A stretch of DNA of 44,834 nt from Ignisphaera sp. (lineage in GTDB: Archaea > Thermoproteota > Thermoprotei_A > Sulfolobales > Ignisphaeraceae), in contig JAWAHS010000002.1 in NCBI GenBank assembly GCA_038889075.1, positions 1 through 44,834 on the forward strand, given 5' to 3'. How positions within the stretch are numbered: the stretch's first letter is position 1; each line of letters begins with the position of its first letter. Below are positions 8,314 through 17,233 of the stretch, piece by piece. The translations under genes were made by a program, and so were the position numbers. The notes under the pieces are model-generated. The model saw only the letters and a list, made by a program, of their open reading frames with translations. It had not been told where the DNA came from and searched no databases.

Positions 8314-9330
8314 TCACACTTTTGCAAATCTACATATATTAGGTAGGGCTTCTGCTAATGCACTTCTATACCTATCTAGACTGTTCTGCAGATCAACGTA
8401 TATGTTCACTGTTTTTCTGAAGACCAGTGCTGTCCAGTAGGAACCCTCTAGCTTCATCCTCGTCCCCTGCTTAACAGCTTTACCAAATTTTCTAAGGTTC
8501 TCCAAATCTATTTCAAAGGGAAGTCTCACAACAACTGTTGCAACCATTGGCTGTGGTGCTGAGAGCTCTACACCAAGTCTTCTAGAGAGCTTACTGAGTA
8601 CATCAAGTACCCTCTCCCTATCTCTAGCACCAGATGACACGTCTATCTTTCTAGAGGTTATCTGAATCCCAAGACCATCAATCTTTGTAACTATCTGCAG
8701 AGCTCGTCTAGCCCTCTTAACAGATGTGTTCAGCACCCTTGAGGCAAACTCTAGATCTATTGCCTCACTGGGTCTAGAAACCCACCTAATCAGTGCACTA
8801 TCAAGGCTCTGGATAACTGAGTTATAGAGATTCTTAACGAGCCTATACACATCACCCTCCACAGACCTACCACCTTCTATACCCTTAAGCACCTCTAGAA
8901 CAGAGTCCTCATCAACCCCAGCCTCTCTAAGACACCTATAGACAACAAGACCAATAAAGCCACCAGAGTCATAGGCAACAGCATCGCCAACAGACATAGA
9001 GAGTCTTGCCTCAACAACCCTCCTAACAACATCGAGACCAGCATCGGGTGGAGAACCATTCCTACACAGAGCCCCTAGAAGAAGATTCCTTAAAATAGAA
9101 ACAAGCCCAGGGAGAATTCTATCCAAAACTCTATTCACGGACTCCTCATCCATACATATACTAGAAGTGTGGGAGGAGCCCGACGAAGCATAGCTTAGAA
9201 ACTTCTCTACAGATCCAGAGAAATCAGAGTATCCAGAATCCAGAGGACAATCCTCTAGAACCTCACCACTAGAGGTATCAACATCAAACCCCTCAGGAGT
9301 TCTAACAACCCTCCTCTTTCCACCATTCAA
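8314..9330 (-). CDS. Putative fusion of a TFB-like N-terminal part and a divergent TBP-like fold
   Basis: aa 8-33 VVRTPEGFDVDTSSGEVLEDCPLDSG resembles the TFB ribbon/B-reader start. aa ~125-168 GLVVYRCLREAGV...GDVYRLVKNL resembles TFB cyclin repeat 1. aa ~175-335 has two IDLE repeats plus SGARD and TALVFR, resembling TBP. The ORF is well supported, while the domain call is by eye. Confidence 0.65.
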   Translation of the reverse strand: MNGGKRRVVRTPEGFDVDTSSGEVLEDCPLDSGYSDFSGSVEKFLSYASSGSSHTSSICMDEESVNRVLDRILPGLVSILRNLLLGALCRNGSPPDAGLDVVRRVVEARLSMSVGDAVAYDSGGFIGLVVYRCLREAGVDEDSVLEVLKGIEGGRSVEGDVYRLVKNLYNSVIQSLDSALIRWVSRPSEAIDLEFASRVLNTSVKRARRALQIVTKIDGLGIQITSRKIDVSSGARDRERVLDVLSKLSRRLGVELSAPQPMVATVVVRLPFEIDLENLRKFGKAVKQGTRMKLEGSYWTALVFRKTVNIYVDLQNSLDRYRSALAEALPNICRFAKV

Positions 9331-9509
9331 AATCCACTCACACCTACATACAGCAATATCTCTACCCTAGGATACCGAGATAGAGAGGTAAAAAACATTG
9401 TGGCAACCACCAATAATCCCCAACCAAGACCCAGCAACAACTCTGAATACGCCAGCCAGTCGCCACCACAACACACACTTATCAACCAACTCAGTCCAAA
9501 AATTAGAGT

Positions 9510-9988
9510 CACAGCTATTCTATCCAGCACTAAGCAACGTAGTTACAGTAGCTGTTGAAAGGGTTAGACCAAGCATCTCAATAAGTGTTGCCTGGCCATA
9601 TCTAGAGGCAGATTCGAAAGTATTGATACGGGTAGAGGTGTCTCCTCCTATTATAGATACAGTTGAGGTTCTGTATAGATTGACCAATGAAATTAGCTGG
9701 AGTAAAATGAATAGTAAGATAAATCGAGAAACATCGAGTGCAGAGCTTCCTCTAACAAGACCGGGTGTATACGAGGTGAAGGTAGTGGTACCAGAGAGTG
9801 CGGGTATCTATAGAGTAGAGAGCAACACTATACAGCTATACGTCTCCAGCCCTAAAACATCGACTACAGCAACAGAGAAAACATCGGAAATGCCGCAGAT
9901 CCCCTACCGCAATACTACCATTACCATAGCATTGATAGCAGCATCTGCTGCGACAGCCCTTCTCATACTAATGATGAAAAGAAGATAA
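9510..9988 (+). pseudogene. 5'-truncated cell-surface protein (Ig-like domain, Thr-rich linker, C-terminal TM anchor plus KRR)
   Basis: The frame becomes protein-like only from about LFYPALSNVVTVAV, which looks like the last strand of an Ig-like domain. PGVYEVKVVV...SNTIQLYV, TSTTAT, a TM helix and MKRR follow. No signal peptide or credible start. The 5' boundary is approximate. Confidence 0.6.
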
Positions 9989-10296
9989 CAGTTTCTAAAG
10001 CAGAATATCCAGCTACAAAGTTCTATCCATAGGCTATAGAGATGCTGCATCCTTGGAAGTGGGCATTGATCTCTCCATTCTATTATTTTATGTAGATAGC
10101 GGTGGGCAGTCTTATTTTTAGGGTTAGCTAGATCCGCATATAGTCTCTAGCCTTCGCAGCCATTATAGATCATGCAGCTTATATCTTCACAATACCGTAT
10201 TCTATAGTATAGCATCACCCATATCATTTGACTTACTGCTATTTCGTTAGAGGATTATCAGCTGTTTCCAGTTCCAGATTTTCTGGCTATAGCACT

Positions 10297-10995
10297 CTAC
10301 TCATTATTTTTGTCGAGATCATTTAGCTCTCTCCTTATCGATTCTTGAAGTTCTCTAATCTTCTTTGCCTTTTCAAGCGCTTTCTCTATCCATTCCCTAC
10401 TAGACTCTATACCCCTTCTAACGAAATATGCTATAGCCTCACTTCTACTCCTAAATATACCAGCATCAACAAGCTGGTCAATTACATCGAGTTCTCTCTT
10501 TCTAATCCTAGCAGAGACTACACTGTCCAGTCTATCTCTAACACTCTTTAAACTCTCCTCAATAGCCTCCTCAATACCTTTAAATATATGCATTATGGAA
10601 TTGAATACATCCTCAACCGTACCTATGAATATCTTGGGAGCTCTGTAGATGGGTGGGGATACTGTTCGATTAGTACTAGATTCTCCAAACCTCTTCAATA
10701 TATAGTTGAATGACTTAGAGATTTCCTCTACTACCTCTTCAACTCTTTCTCTAACCTCCTTGACAACCTCTTCCATACTTTTCTCATCAATACCCCCATC
10801 CATACTTTTCAGCTTCTCGATATATTCATTGAATTCCTTTGTAATCGTTCTCGATCTCTCCCTCCAAACTCTGTAGGCCTCTCTAACATTGCCTGCATCC
10901 AACAGCTTTTCGACTTCGAGAGTAAGTTTCTTAACACTCTCCCTTAACTCGTCCAAAAGTTTCTCAAATTCTTTTCTAAACTCATCACTATTCAT
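10297..10995 (-). CDS. Coiled-coil protein with C-terminal ribbon-helix-helix (CopG/Arc/MetJ) domain
   Basis: VVSARIRKRELDVIDQLVDAGIFRSRSEAIAYFVRRG is an RHH signature. The N-terminus is charged and helical. Confidence 0.85.
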   Translation of the reverse strand: MNSDEFRKEFEKLLDELRESVKKLTLEVEKLLDAGNVREAYRVWRERSRTITKEFNEYIEKLKSMDGGIDEKSMEEVVKEVRERVEEVVEEISKSFNYILKRFGESSTNRTVSPPIYRAPKIFIGTVEDVFNSIMHIFKGIEEAIEESLKSVRDRLDSVVSARIRKRELDVIDQLVDAGIFRSRSEAIAYFVRRGIESSREWIEKALEKAKKIRELQESIRRELNDLDKNNE

Positions 10996-11309
10996 ATATG
11001 TAACACCATATACAGGTATTTCTCTCTACATATAGTAAAAATTACACTAAACTGAAAATAAATTTATATATCATGAAATGCATAGTGTCATCCGAAACCT
11101 TAATTCTACCAGATCTCGGCATAGAAATTAACATTTGTGTGTAAATCTGCGCTGAGGTATTGGTAGACAGTTTCTTTTTAGAACATTGAGATAGCGTGAA
11201 CGGTATTGGTGTGCTGTTAATATTTATAAGTTCTACTTTACTGTTAGGTATATCTGTAGCAAGGCAATAGATTTTAGCTATTCGATACACTACATAATAC
11301 GGTGTCTCT

Positions 11310-12200
11310 ATGGAGATTCGTAAATTGGCGATACTGCTACTTCTAGCTCATCTTCCACTCTTAGCCATTTCAGGAGTATGTGCGCAACAGACTGTGATGA
11401 TGGATATTAATGAATATGGTGTAGTGCTAGTAGAAATGCATGAATATCTTAGCGAAGGGCTTCAAACAGTTAGGGTACCGGTAGAGCCCATACCTGAAAC
11501 CATCATAGCTATGGCAGATGGAGAGGCTGTTCCGATAATATATGAAAATAAGACACTCTATTTAATAATACAAAGGCATTCCCTCATCGAAATCTCATAT
11601 ATTGCCAATGTATCTATTGCAAACAACATATTCTACTTAATGATAGAGACTAACGATACTATCACCTTAAGAATACCCATAGCTAATGTAATTCTCCTTA
11701 CAGTTCCTAGAGAGATTATCGATTATAAAGAGGGGAATAAAACACTCATACTTACAATAAAAGGTCCACAGGAATTAAAATACACCCTAAGACCGCTACA
11801 AACAATCCATACACCTCCTACCCAAACGACCCCAATACCGACACAAACACCGCCACAGACTTCTCAGATACCACCATCTACATCACAGCCAAACTATGTA
11901 TGGATAGCCATAGCTATCCCCATTATAATTACAGCAGCATCTGGAATAGCTGTTATATATTTAAAGAGAAGAGGGTCAAGAGAATTAACCGAAATGCTCA
12001 ACGATGTAGATATAGCCATAATCAAGATTCTAGGTGCTAAAGGAGGCTCAGCTCTACAGACAGAACTACAGAACAGTGTTAATGTACCTAAAACTACGCT
12101 ATGGAGACACATCAAAAAACTTGAGAAATTCGGAATTATTAGAGTTGAGAAGGTAGGACTTCAAAATAGAATTGTATTAATTAAGAAGGTTAAGATATAG
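11310..12200 (+). CDS. Membrane-anchored HTH protein with extracellular domain (COG2512-like)
   Basis: Signal peptide, beta-rich domain, Pro/Thr/Gln linker, TM helix plus KRR, then a C-terminal wHTH (LQTELQNSVNVPKTTLWRHIKKLEKFGIIRVEK). Confidence 0.85.
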   Translation: MEIRKLAILLLLAHLPLLAISGVCAQQTVMMDINEYGVVLVEMHEYLSEGLQTVRVPVEPIPETIIAMADGEAVPIIYENKTLYLIIQRHSLIEISYIANVSIANNIFYLMIETNDTITLRIPIANVILLTVPREIIDYKEGNKTLILTIKGPQELKYTLRPLQTIHTPPTQTTPIPTQTPPQTSQIPPSTSQPNYVWIAIAIPIIITAASGIAVIYLKRRGSRELTEMLNDVDIAIIKILGAKGGSALQTELQNSVNVPKTTLWRHIKKLEKFGIIRVEKVGLQNRIVLIKKVKI

Positions 12201-12258
12201 CTATATCACTGGTGCAACTGTTTCAAGTTTCATAAAGGTTTGTGATGTTGGATATTCA

Positions 12259-12342
12259 TGTATCCACCGTGGGTACACCAGGATGTGGGGGTTTCCCCAC
12301 GGCTGTGAACCCGAGCTATATGAAGGGGAGCTGTGGGTCGGC
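12259..12342. other. GC-rich palindrome/hairpin element between convergent genes
   Basis: TGTATCCAC-C-GTGGGTACA (12259-12277) and GTGGGG-GTTT-CCCCAC (12285-12300). Confidence 0.45.
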
Positions 12343-12390
12343 GTAGTTATTAGCTGATATTATCGAACTTCAGATTCTATAGCATAGCGT

Positions 12391-13188
12391 CTACTTATTT
12401 GCATTCATGTTTATAATGGTGTCTGACATTTCAAGAAGGAGTCTAGCTGTATCGCTACTATTTTCTCTTAGATAGTTGAGTAGCTTTCCACTACTAACTA
12501 CCTGGGCTAGCATGGGATCGATCGGTATTTCTGCTATTATATTTTTGTACTCTATATTGACTGTGCCAAAAAGCCTATGTGTGGTGTTACAGACAGGGCA
12601 CTTAAAGTATGCCATGTTAACCACTATTCCAAGTAGTGGGATATTTAGTTCCCTAAGGAAGATCTCAGCTTTTGTAAGGATATGCTTGACGAGATCTCCA
12701 GGTATTGCAACGAGAATTGCGCCTATAATTCTACTCCTTAGATGCTGTGCTATGGTTAGGGGTTCGTCACCTGTACCAGGCGGCATGTCTACGATGAGAT
12801 AGTCCCTCTTACCTACTCGTGTTTTTGATAGCAGCTCCAAAATGGCACGTGTTTTCAGCGGTCCACGCCATATTAGTGGCATATCTTTGTTTGATAGTAA
12901 GAGCTCTATTGAAATTACAGCAATATTTTCAAGTTCAATAGGAGTTATATAGCCGTCATTATCTATATATATATGTCTATTTTCGATGCCCATAATCCAC
13001 GGTATACTAGGTCCGTGAATATCTGCATCTAGGATAGCAACACTATAACCTTTCATTGCCAATCCTACAGCGAGTGAACTAGCTATAAGGGACTTGCCCA
13101 CACCTCCTTTACCACTCATAACTATAATAATTCTATTTATATCTGCTATAAGATTTGATAGATCTGTGAAACTCATCTCATTATACAC
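12391..13188 (-). CDS. mrp: Mrp/ApbC/NBP35 Fe-S cluster carrier ATPase
   Basis: SGKGGVGKS, DADIHGPSIP, WRGP, DMPPGTGD, NMAYFKCPVC. Confidence 0.95.
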   Translation of the reverse strand: MYNEMSFTDLSNLIADINRIIIVMSGKGGVGKSLIASSLAVGLAMKGYSVAILDADIHGPSIPWIMGIENRHIYIDNDGYITPIELENIAVISIELLLSNKDMPLIWRGPLKTRAILELLSKTRVGKRDYLIVDMPPGTGDEPLTIAQHLRSRIIGAILVAIPGDLVKHILTKAEIFLRELNIPLLGIVVNMAYFKCPVCNTTHRLFGTVNIEYKNIIAEIPIDPMLAQVVSSGKLLNYLRENSSDTARLLLEMSDTIINMNANK

Positions 13189-13301
13189 CTTCAGAACCAG
13201 ATAGATCCTTAGCAGAATTATAAGTCTATTGAGATTGAATTCATTATAGAGTTTGATACCACATATTATATCTTAATGTACAGAGTTGTATATGAGGGGA
13301 A

Positions 13302-14315
13302 ATGGGTATTGTGAAAAGAAGTATTGCATTAGACAGCGTTAGTAGTATGGTAGGGTTGAAGCTTATTGAAGGTGAGCTAAAGAAACTGATAGCAAATATT
13401 ATCGATTCGACCGTTATGGTGCTGATTCCAAGGGATAGAAATGCTACATGTATAGAGGTTGCTAAAGACAATAGATATTTAGATTGCGCAGCAACGGGGT
13501 TCTACATAGATAACCGTGTTGTTGTAACAGTAATGCACTCTATACAGCACGTAGATAGTGAAAGGATCTGCATTCTGGATCTAGATGGTGATATAGTTGA
13601 AGGTGAGATTATGGATGTGGATCCTAAATGGGATTTGATGTTCATATCTAGTGTGTCAGACCATAGCCCAATTCCATTAAAGGATAGCACTGCTTCGATA
13701 GGAGATTTTGTTATAGCGTGTGGTACGGCCTACGGCCTCTTAAGACCGTTTCTATCAGTTGGTATTGTAAGCGGATCTGAGGTAAAGGCCGATGCAGGAT
13801 ACGGATTAATCGAAGGACTTCTATTGGTGAGCCTACCTATACTATCTGGGATGAGTGGGAGCCCGATAGTAGATCTCGATGGCACTGCTGTAGGTATGAT
13901 CATGGCAAAAGCATTTGATGCAAACGAGTTCTCCCTTGCTATACCCTCTACTAGAATACTGTATGGCTATAGGATTCTCAAAAAATATGGTAGAATAGCA
14001 CATATAGTGCTCGGGGTTAGTGTACTTGCATTAAGAGGTATGATAACGGCCTTAGGGCTTCAACATGGTCTTGTAATTTCTAGAATTTTGAATCCTAATA
14101 TACTTAAGTTCTGCAAACTTAATGATGGAGATGTACTGCTTTCTATAAACGATAGAGAAATGCGGACGATAGAGGATCTTAGGCTAGCTTTAGATGAAAC
14201 GCTTTTAAATAATGGCACACTTACGATAGAGTATCTCAGTAGAATGGATAAAAAGGTCTATTCTTGTACTATAGATGAATTAACTATGTTCACCAGTCCT
14301 AGACCCTTCCAATGA
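13302..14315 (+). CDS. HtrA/DegP-like trypsin serine protease with PDZ domain
   Basis: Catalytic triad contexts TVMH, WDLM and GMSGSP. C-terminal PDZ-like GDVLLSIND. No evident signal peptide. Confidence 0.88.
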   Translation: MGIVKRSIALDSVSSMVGLKLIEGELKKLIANIIDSTVMVLIPRDRNATCIEVAKDNRYLDCAATGFYIDNRVVVTVMHSIQHVDSERICILDLDGDIVEGEIMDVDPKWDLMFISSVSDHSPIPLKDSTASIGDFVIACGTAYGLLRPFLSVGIVSGSEVKADAGYGLIEGLLLVSLPILSGMSGSPIVDLDGTAVGMIMAKAFDANEFSLAIPSTRILYGYRILKKYGRIAHIVLGVSVLALRGMITALGLQHGLVISRILNPNILKFCKLNDGDVLLSINDREMRTIEDLRLALDETLLNNGTLTIEYLSRMDKKVYSCTIDELTMFTSPRPFQ

Positions 14316-14984
14316 TTCGGAAACCTCCCTTATCATAGGCTTTCCCTCACGTTCCTTCTCAATTTCACTACGGGTCTTGGTTTCACGAATCTTAAATATA
14401 ACCTCACTATCCTGTGGTACACTCACATTCTTTTCCTCATAGATATACTTATCCTCTTCCACACCTTTATAGAGGTATATTGTATACTTTCCCTCAGGAA
14501 CTTCAATATATGCAAGACCATCGTGGTCGGTTTTTGTAGACGAGACAACACGTCCCTCAGACTCTACAACAACAAGAACGTCCGATAAGGGTTTTTCTGC
14601 AAATAAGGCTTTAACCCTAACACCATAGTACTTCACCTCCTTTATACATAGTTGCATATTCCTTGAGGTAAAGAAGCTGTTTGTTTTAGATGCCAATTCT
14701 AAAACAAGCTTTTTTATATCATCGGATATGCTCCTGTCAAGTAGTACAGCTCTGTAAACCTTTGAAAATGTCTCGCAGTATTCATTATATTTATCGAGGT
14801 CGAACTTAGATGTAAGGGGAATCAATTTGTCTCTAACAATTTCAAATTGCTTAAATATCTGTAATGGAAATCTAATTAGGTAAATATTGAATACTTTTGT
14901 AAGGAAATCGTGTATTTCATCTGGTAGGGTCTTCGAGATGCCGGCTTCAACTCTTTTAAATGTTTTCCAATCTTCTAATTGCAT
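14280..14984 (-). CDS. Hypothetical protein with C-terminal prealbumin/carboxypeptidase-regulatory-like beta-sandwich
   Basis: PLSDVLVVV...KTDHDGLAYIEVPEGKYTI motif. Confidence 0.75.
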   Translation of the reverse strand: MQLEDWKTFKRVEAGISKTLPDEIHDFLTKVFNIYLIRFPLQIFKQFEIVRDKLIPLTSKFDLDKYNEYCETFSKVYRAVLLDRSISDDIKKLVLELASKTNSFFTSRNMQLCIKEVKYYGVRVKALFAEKPLSDVLVVVESEGRVVSSTKTDHDGLAYIEVPEGKYTIYLYKGVEEDKYIYEEKNVSVPQDSEVIFKIRETKTRSEIEKEREGKPMIREVSESLEGSRTGEHS

Positions 14985-15274
14985 TGGTCTAAACCTCTCT
15001 CTACTAAACTTGAATCACAGTACTTTTACTGTAAGATATAGACTTAAATAGCTTATCTCCTAAAACATATACTTACCTCTCTACACATTATACCTTCCTT
15101 TACAACTACTCCAAGTTTGCTATGAGGTGGCACATTAACTTCTAGGTATACGTTCTGGCCTTCTCTCTTATTGTGAAAGCTTATAAAACCTGGTAACCAT
15201 TATACAAAACAAACCGTAAATGCGGGGCTACATTATCATTTAGCGAATTTACTTTGACTAGGTAGAGTAGTATT

Positions 15275-15682
15275 ATGAGGTATGCTACCCTAGATATTCT
15301 CGCATGTCCTATGTGTAACCACTTTCCTTTGAAACTCTATGTTTTTAAGGAGAGAACGTTAGTGAATGATAATGTTATTACCGAAAAACCCTTCTGCAGC
15401 ATCTTCTGTGGATTCCATTATAAGTATACCAGCAATATTAATAGAGATTCCATCGACTGCGATTCTTGTCTCTCTAGAGATATTGTGTGGGGGATAGTTG
15501 TATGTGAAGGGTGTCGGAGATGGTATCCCATTATAGAGGGGATAGCCCTTATGTATCCGGATGACATTAGATTGTATACGAGAGTTAAAATAATTGAATA
15601 TCTATTTATAAGAAGGTATAGGGATAGAATACCAAAGGAGGTTGTCTCTAACGATCCTTTAAAGCTCTTAAGGGATGTATAG
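15275..15682 (+). CDS. trm112: Trm112 methyltransferase activator (long, Cys-rich form)
   Basis: LDILACPMC...FPL N-terminus and GIVVCEGCRRWYPIIEGIALM C-terminus. Confidence 0.9.
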   Translation: MRYATLDILACPMCNHFPLKLYVFKERTLVNDNVITEKPFCSIFCGFHYKYTSNINRDSIDCDSCLSRDIVWGIVVCEGCRRWYPIIEGIALMYPDDIRLYTRVKIIEYLFIRRYRDRIPKEVVSNDPLKLLRDV

Positions 15683-15697
15683 AATACACTAATCTAG

Positions 15698-17185
15698 ATG
15701 GTAAGTAGACTTTATAAAGGTTTTGATATGCAGACCTTACGAAACAGAATATTTAAAGAAGTTAAAAGACCTACAAGAATGCTATCGGGGATCACTGTTG
15801 TAGCTGTTATGACAAAGCCCTATCCATGTCCACATGGAAGGTGTATCTACTGCCCAGGTGGACCTGAATTTGGTACACCACAGAGTTACATAGGCAACGA
15901 GCCTGCTCTAATGAGAGGCATCCAAACCAATTTCGATCCATATGAACAGGTTCTCCTAAGATTGAAACAATATGAGGCACTGAACCACATACCAAGTAAA
16001 GTTGAGGTAATTATTATGGGTGGAACGTTTACAGCCATGCCTATGGATTACCAGGAGTGGTTTGTGACGAATATTTTTGAAGCCTTTAATAGGTATCCAA
16101 ATCCGAGACCGGCTACGATGCCCTCTCTTGAGGAGGCGCATTTAAGGAATGAAACGGCTAGAATAAGGGTTGTTGGATTAACGATTGAGACTAGACCTGA
16201 TTGGGCTAAGGAGAAGCAGATAGACTTTATGCTCTATCTGGGGGCTACCAAGGTTGAGCTAGGTGTACAAAGCATATATGATGATGTACTGTATTTTATT
16301 TCTAGAGGACATACTGTGAAGGATGTGGTTGAATCGACAAGGCTTCTAAAGGATGCAGGTTATAAAGTGGTATACCATATCATGCCAGGGCTACCCGGCT
16401 CTGACTACGATAGAGATATTGCGATGATTAGAGAAATTTTTGAAAACCCGGATTATAGACCAGATATGCTAAAGATATATCCGGTGGTGGTTGTAGAGAA
16501 AACAAAACTGTACGAATTATGGAAGTCAGGTAGGTATACAGCCTTAACTGATGAAGAGGCAATAGAATTGATATCAGAGTTTTATAGATATATTCCAAAG
16601 TGGGTTAGAATTATGAGGATACAGAGAGATATTCCTGCACCGCTAATTGTTGCTGGACCTAGGAAGGCAAATCTCCGGGAACTTGTTGAGGAAAGAGCTA
16701 TTAAGAAAGGTATGAGAATTAACGAGATTAGATTTAGAGAAGTTGGGAGGCAAATACTATACAGAGGTAAGAAGCTGGGTAGCATTTCAATAACAAGGGA
16801 ATACTATGAAGCGAGTGGAGGTATGGAGGTGTTCTTAGCAGTAGAGGATGTTAACAACAATATAATTATAGGTCTGCTTAGACTAAGGATTCCTTCCGAG
16901 AAAGCCCATAGAACGGAGGTCGACAGTAGAACAGCTCTTGTTAGAGAGATCCATATATACGGTCCACAAGTTCCTATAGATATGCATGTTAACGATGCGT
17001 GGCAACACAAAGGTTGGGGAGCAAGACTGCTGAAAACTGCGGAAGAAATAGCTAGGTATGAATTTAATTGCAACAGAATATACATATTATCGGGGGTTGG
17101 CGTACGTGAGTACTATAGAAAGCTTGGCTATAGAAGACTTGATAGAACCCCCTATATGTTCAAAGAGTTGGGAAGTCATGCCTAA
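15698..17185 (+). CDS. elp3: tRNA U34 carboxymethyltransferase Elp3 (radical SAM + KAT)
   Basis: CPHGRCIYCPGG, MGGTF, IETRPDW, ELGVQS, RIQRDIP, QHKGWG, SGVGVREYYRKLGY. Confidence 0.97.
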   Translation: MVSRLYKGFDMQTLRNRIFKEVKRPTRMLSGITVVAVMTKPYPCPHGRCIYCPGGPEFGTPQSYIGNEPALMRGIQTNFDPYEQVLLRLKQYEALNHIPSKVEVIIMGGTFTAMPMDYQEWFVTNIFEAFNRYPNPRPATMPSLEEAHLRNETARIRVVGLTIETRPDWAKEKQIDFMLYLGATKVELGVQSIYDDVLYFISRGHTVKDVVESTRLLKDAGYKVVYHIMPGLPGSDYDRDIAMIREIFENPDYRPDMLKIYPVVVVEKTKLYELWKSGRYTALTDEEAIELISEFYRYIPKWVRIMRIQRDIPAPLIVAGPRKANLRELVEERAIKKGMRINEIRFREVGRQILYRGKKLGSISITREYYEASGGMEVFLAVEDVNNNIIIGLLRLRIPSEKAHRTEVDSRTALVREIHIYGPQVPIDMHVNDAWQHKGWGARLLKTAEEIARYEFNCNRIYILSGVGVREYYRKLGYRRLDRTPYMFKELGSHA

Positions 17186-17233
17186 CATATCGAAGAAATA
17201 GGATGCTGTAATGCTTCACCAGGTGGTAATCGA

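Noticed and set aside
9327-9530. 67-aa hydrophobic minus-strand ORF
   Set aside because: Its stop overlaps the next start, but its 5' end overlaps the credible + strand fragment and it has no family signal. It is kept only as part of a finding.
5873-10296. attR duplicate of the tRNA-Gly 3' end, or an integrase
   Set aside because: I could not find a repeat of TTCAAATCCCGGCCGCCGC or any tyrosine-recombinase motif, so no mobile element is called.
11805-11890. Repetitive ACACC/ACCCA DNA
   Set aside because: It encodes the Pro/Thr/Gln linker of the membrane regulator and is not an independent repeat.
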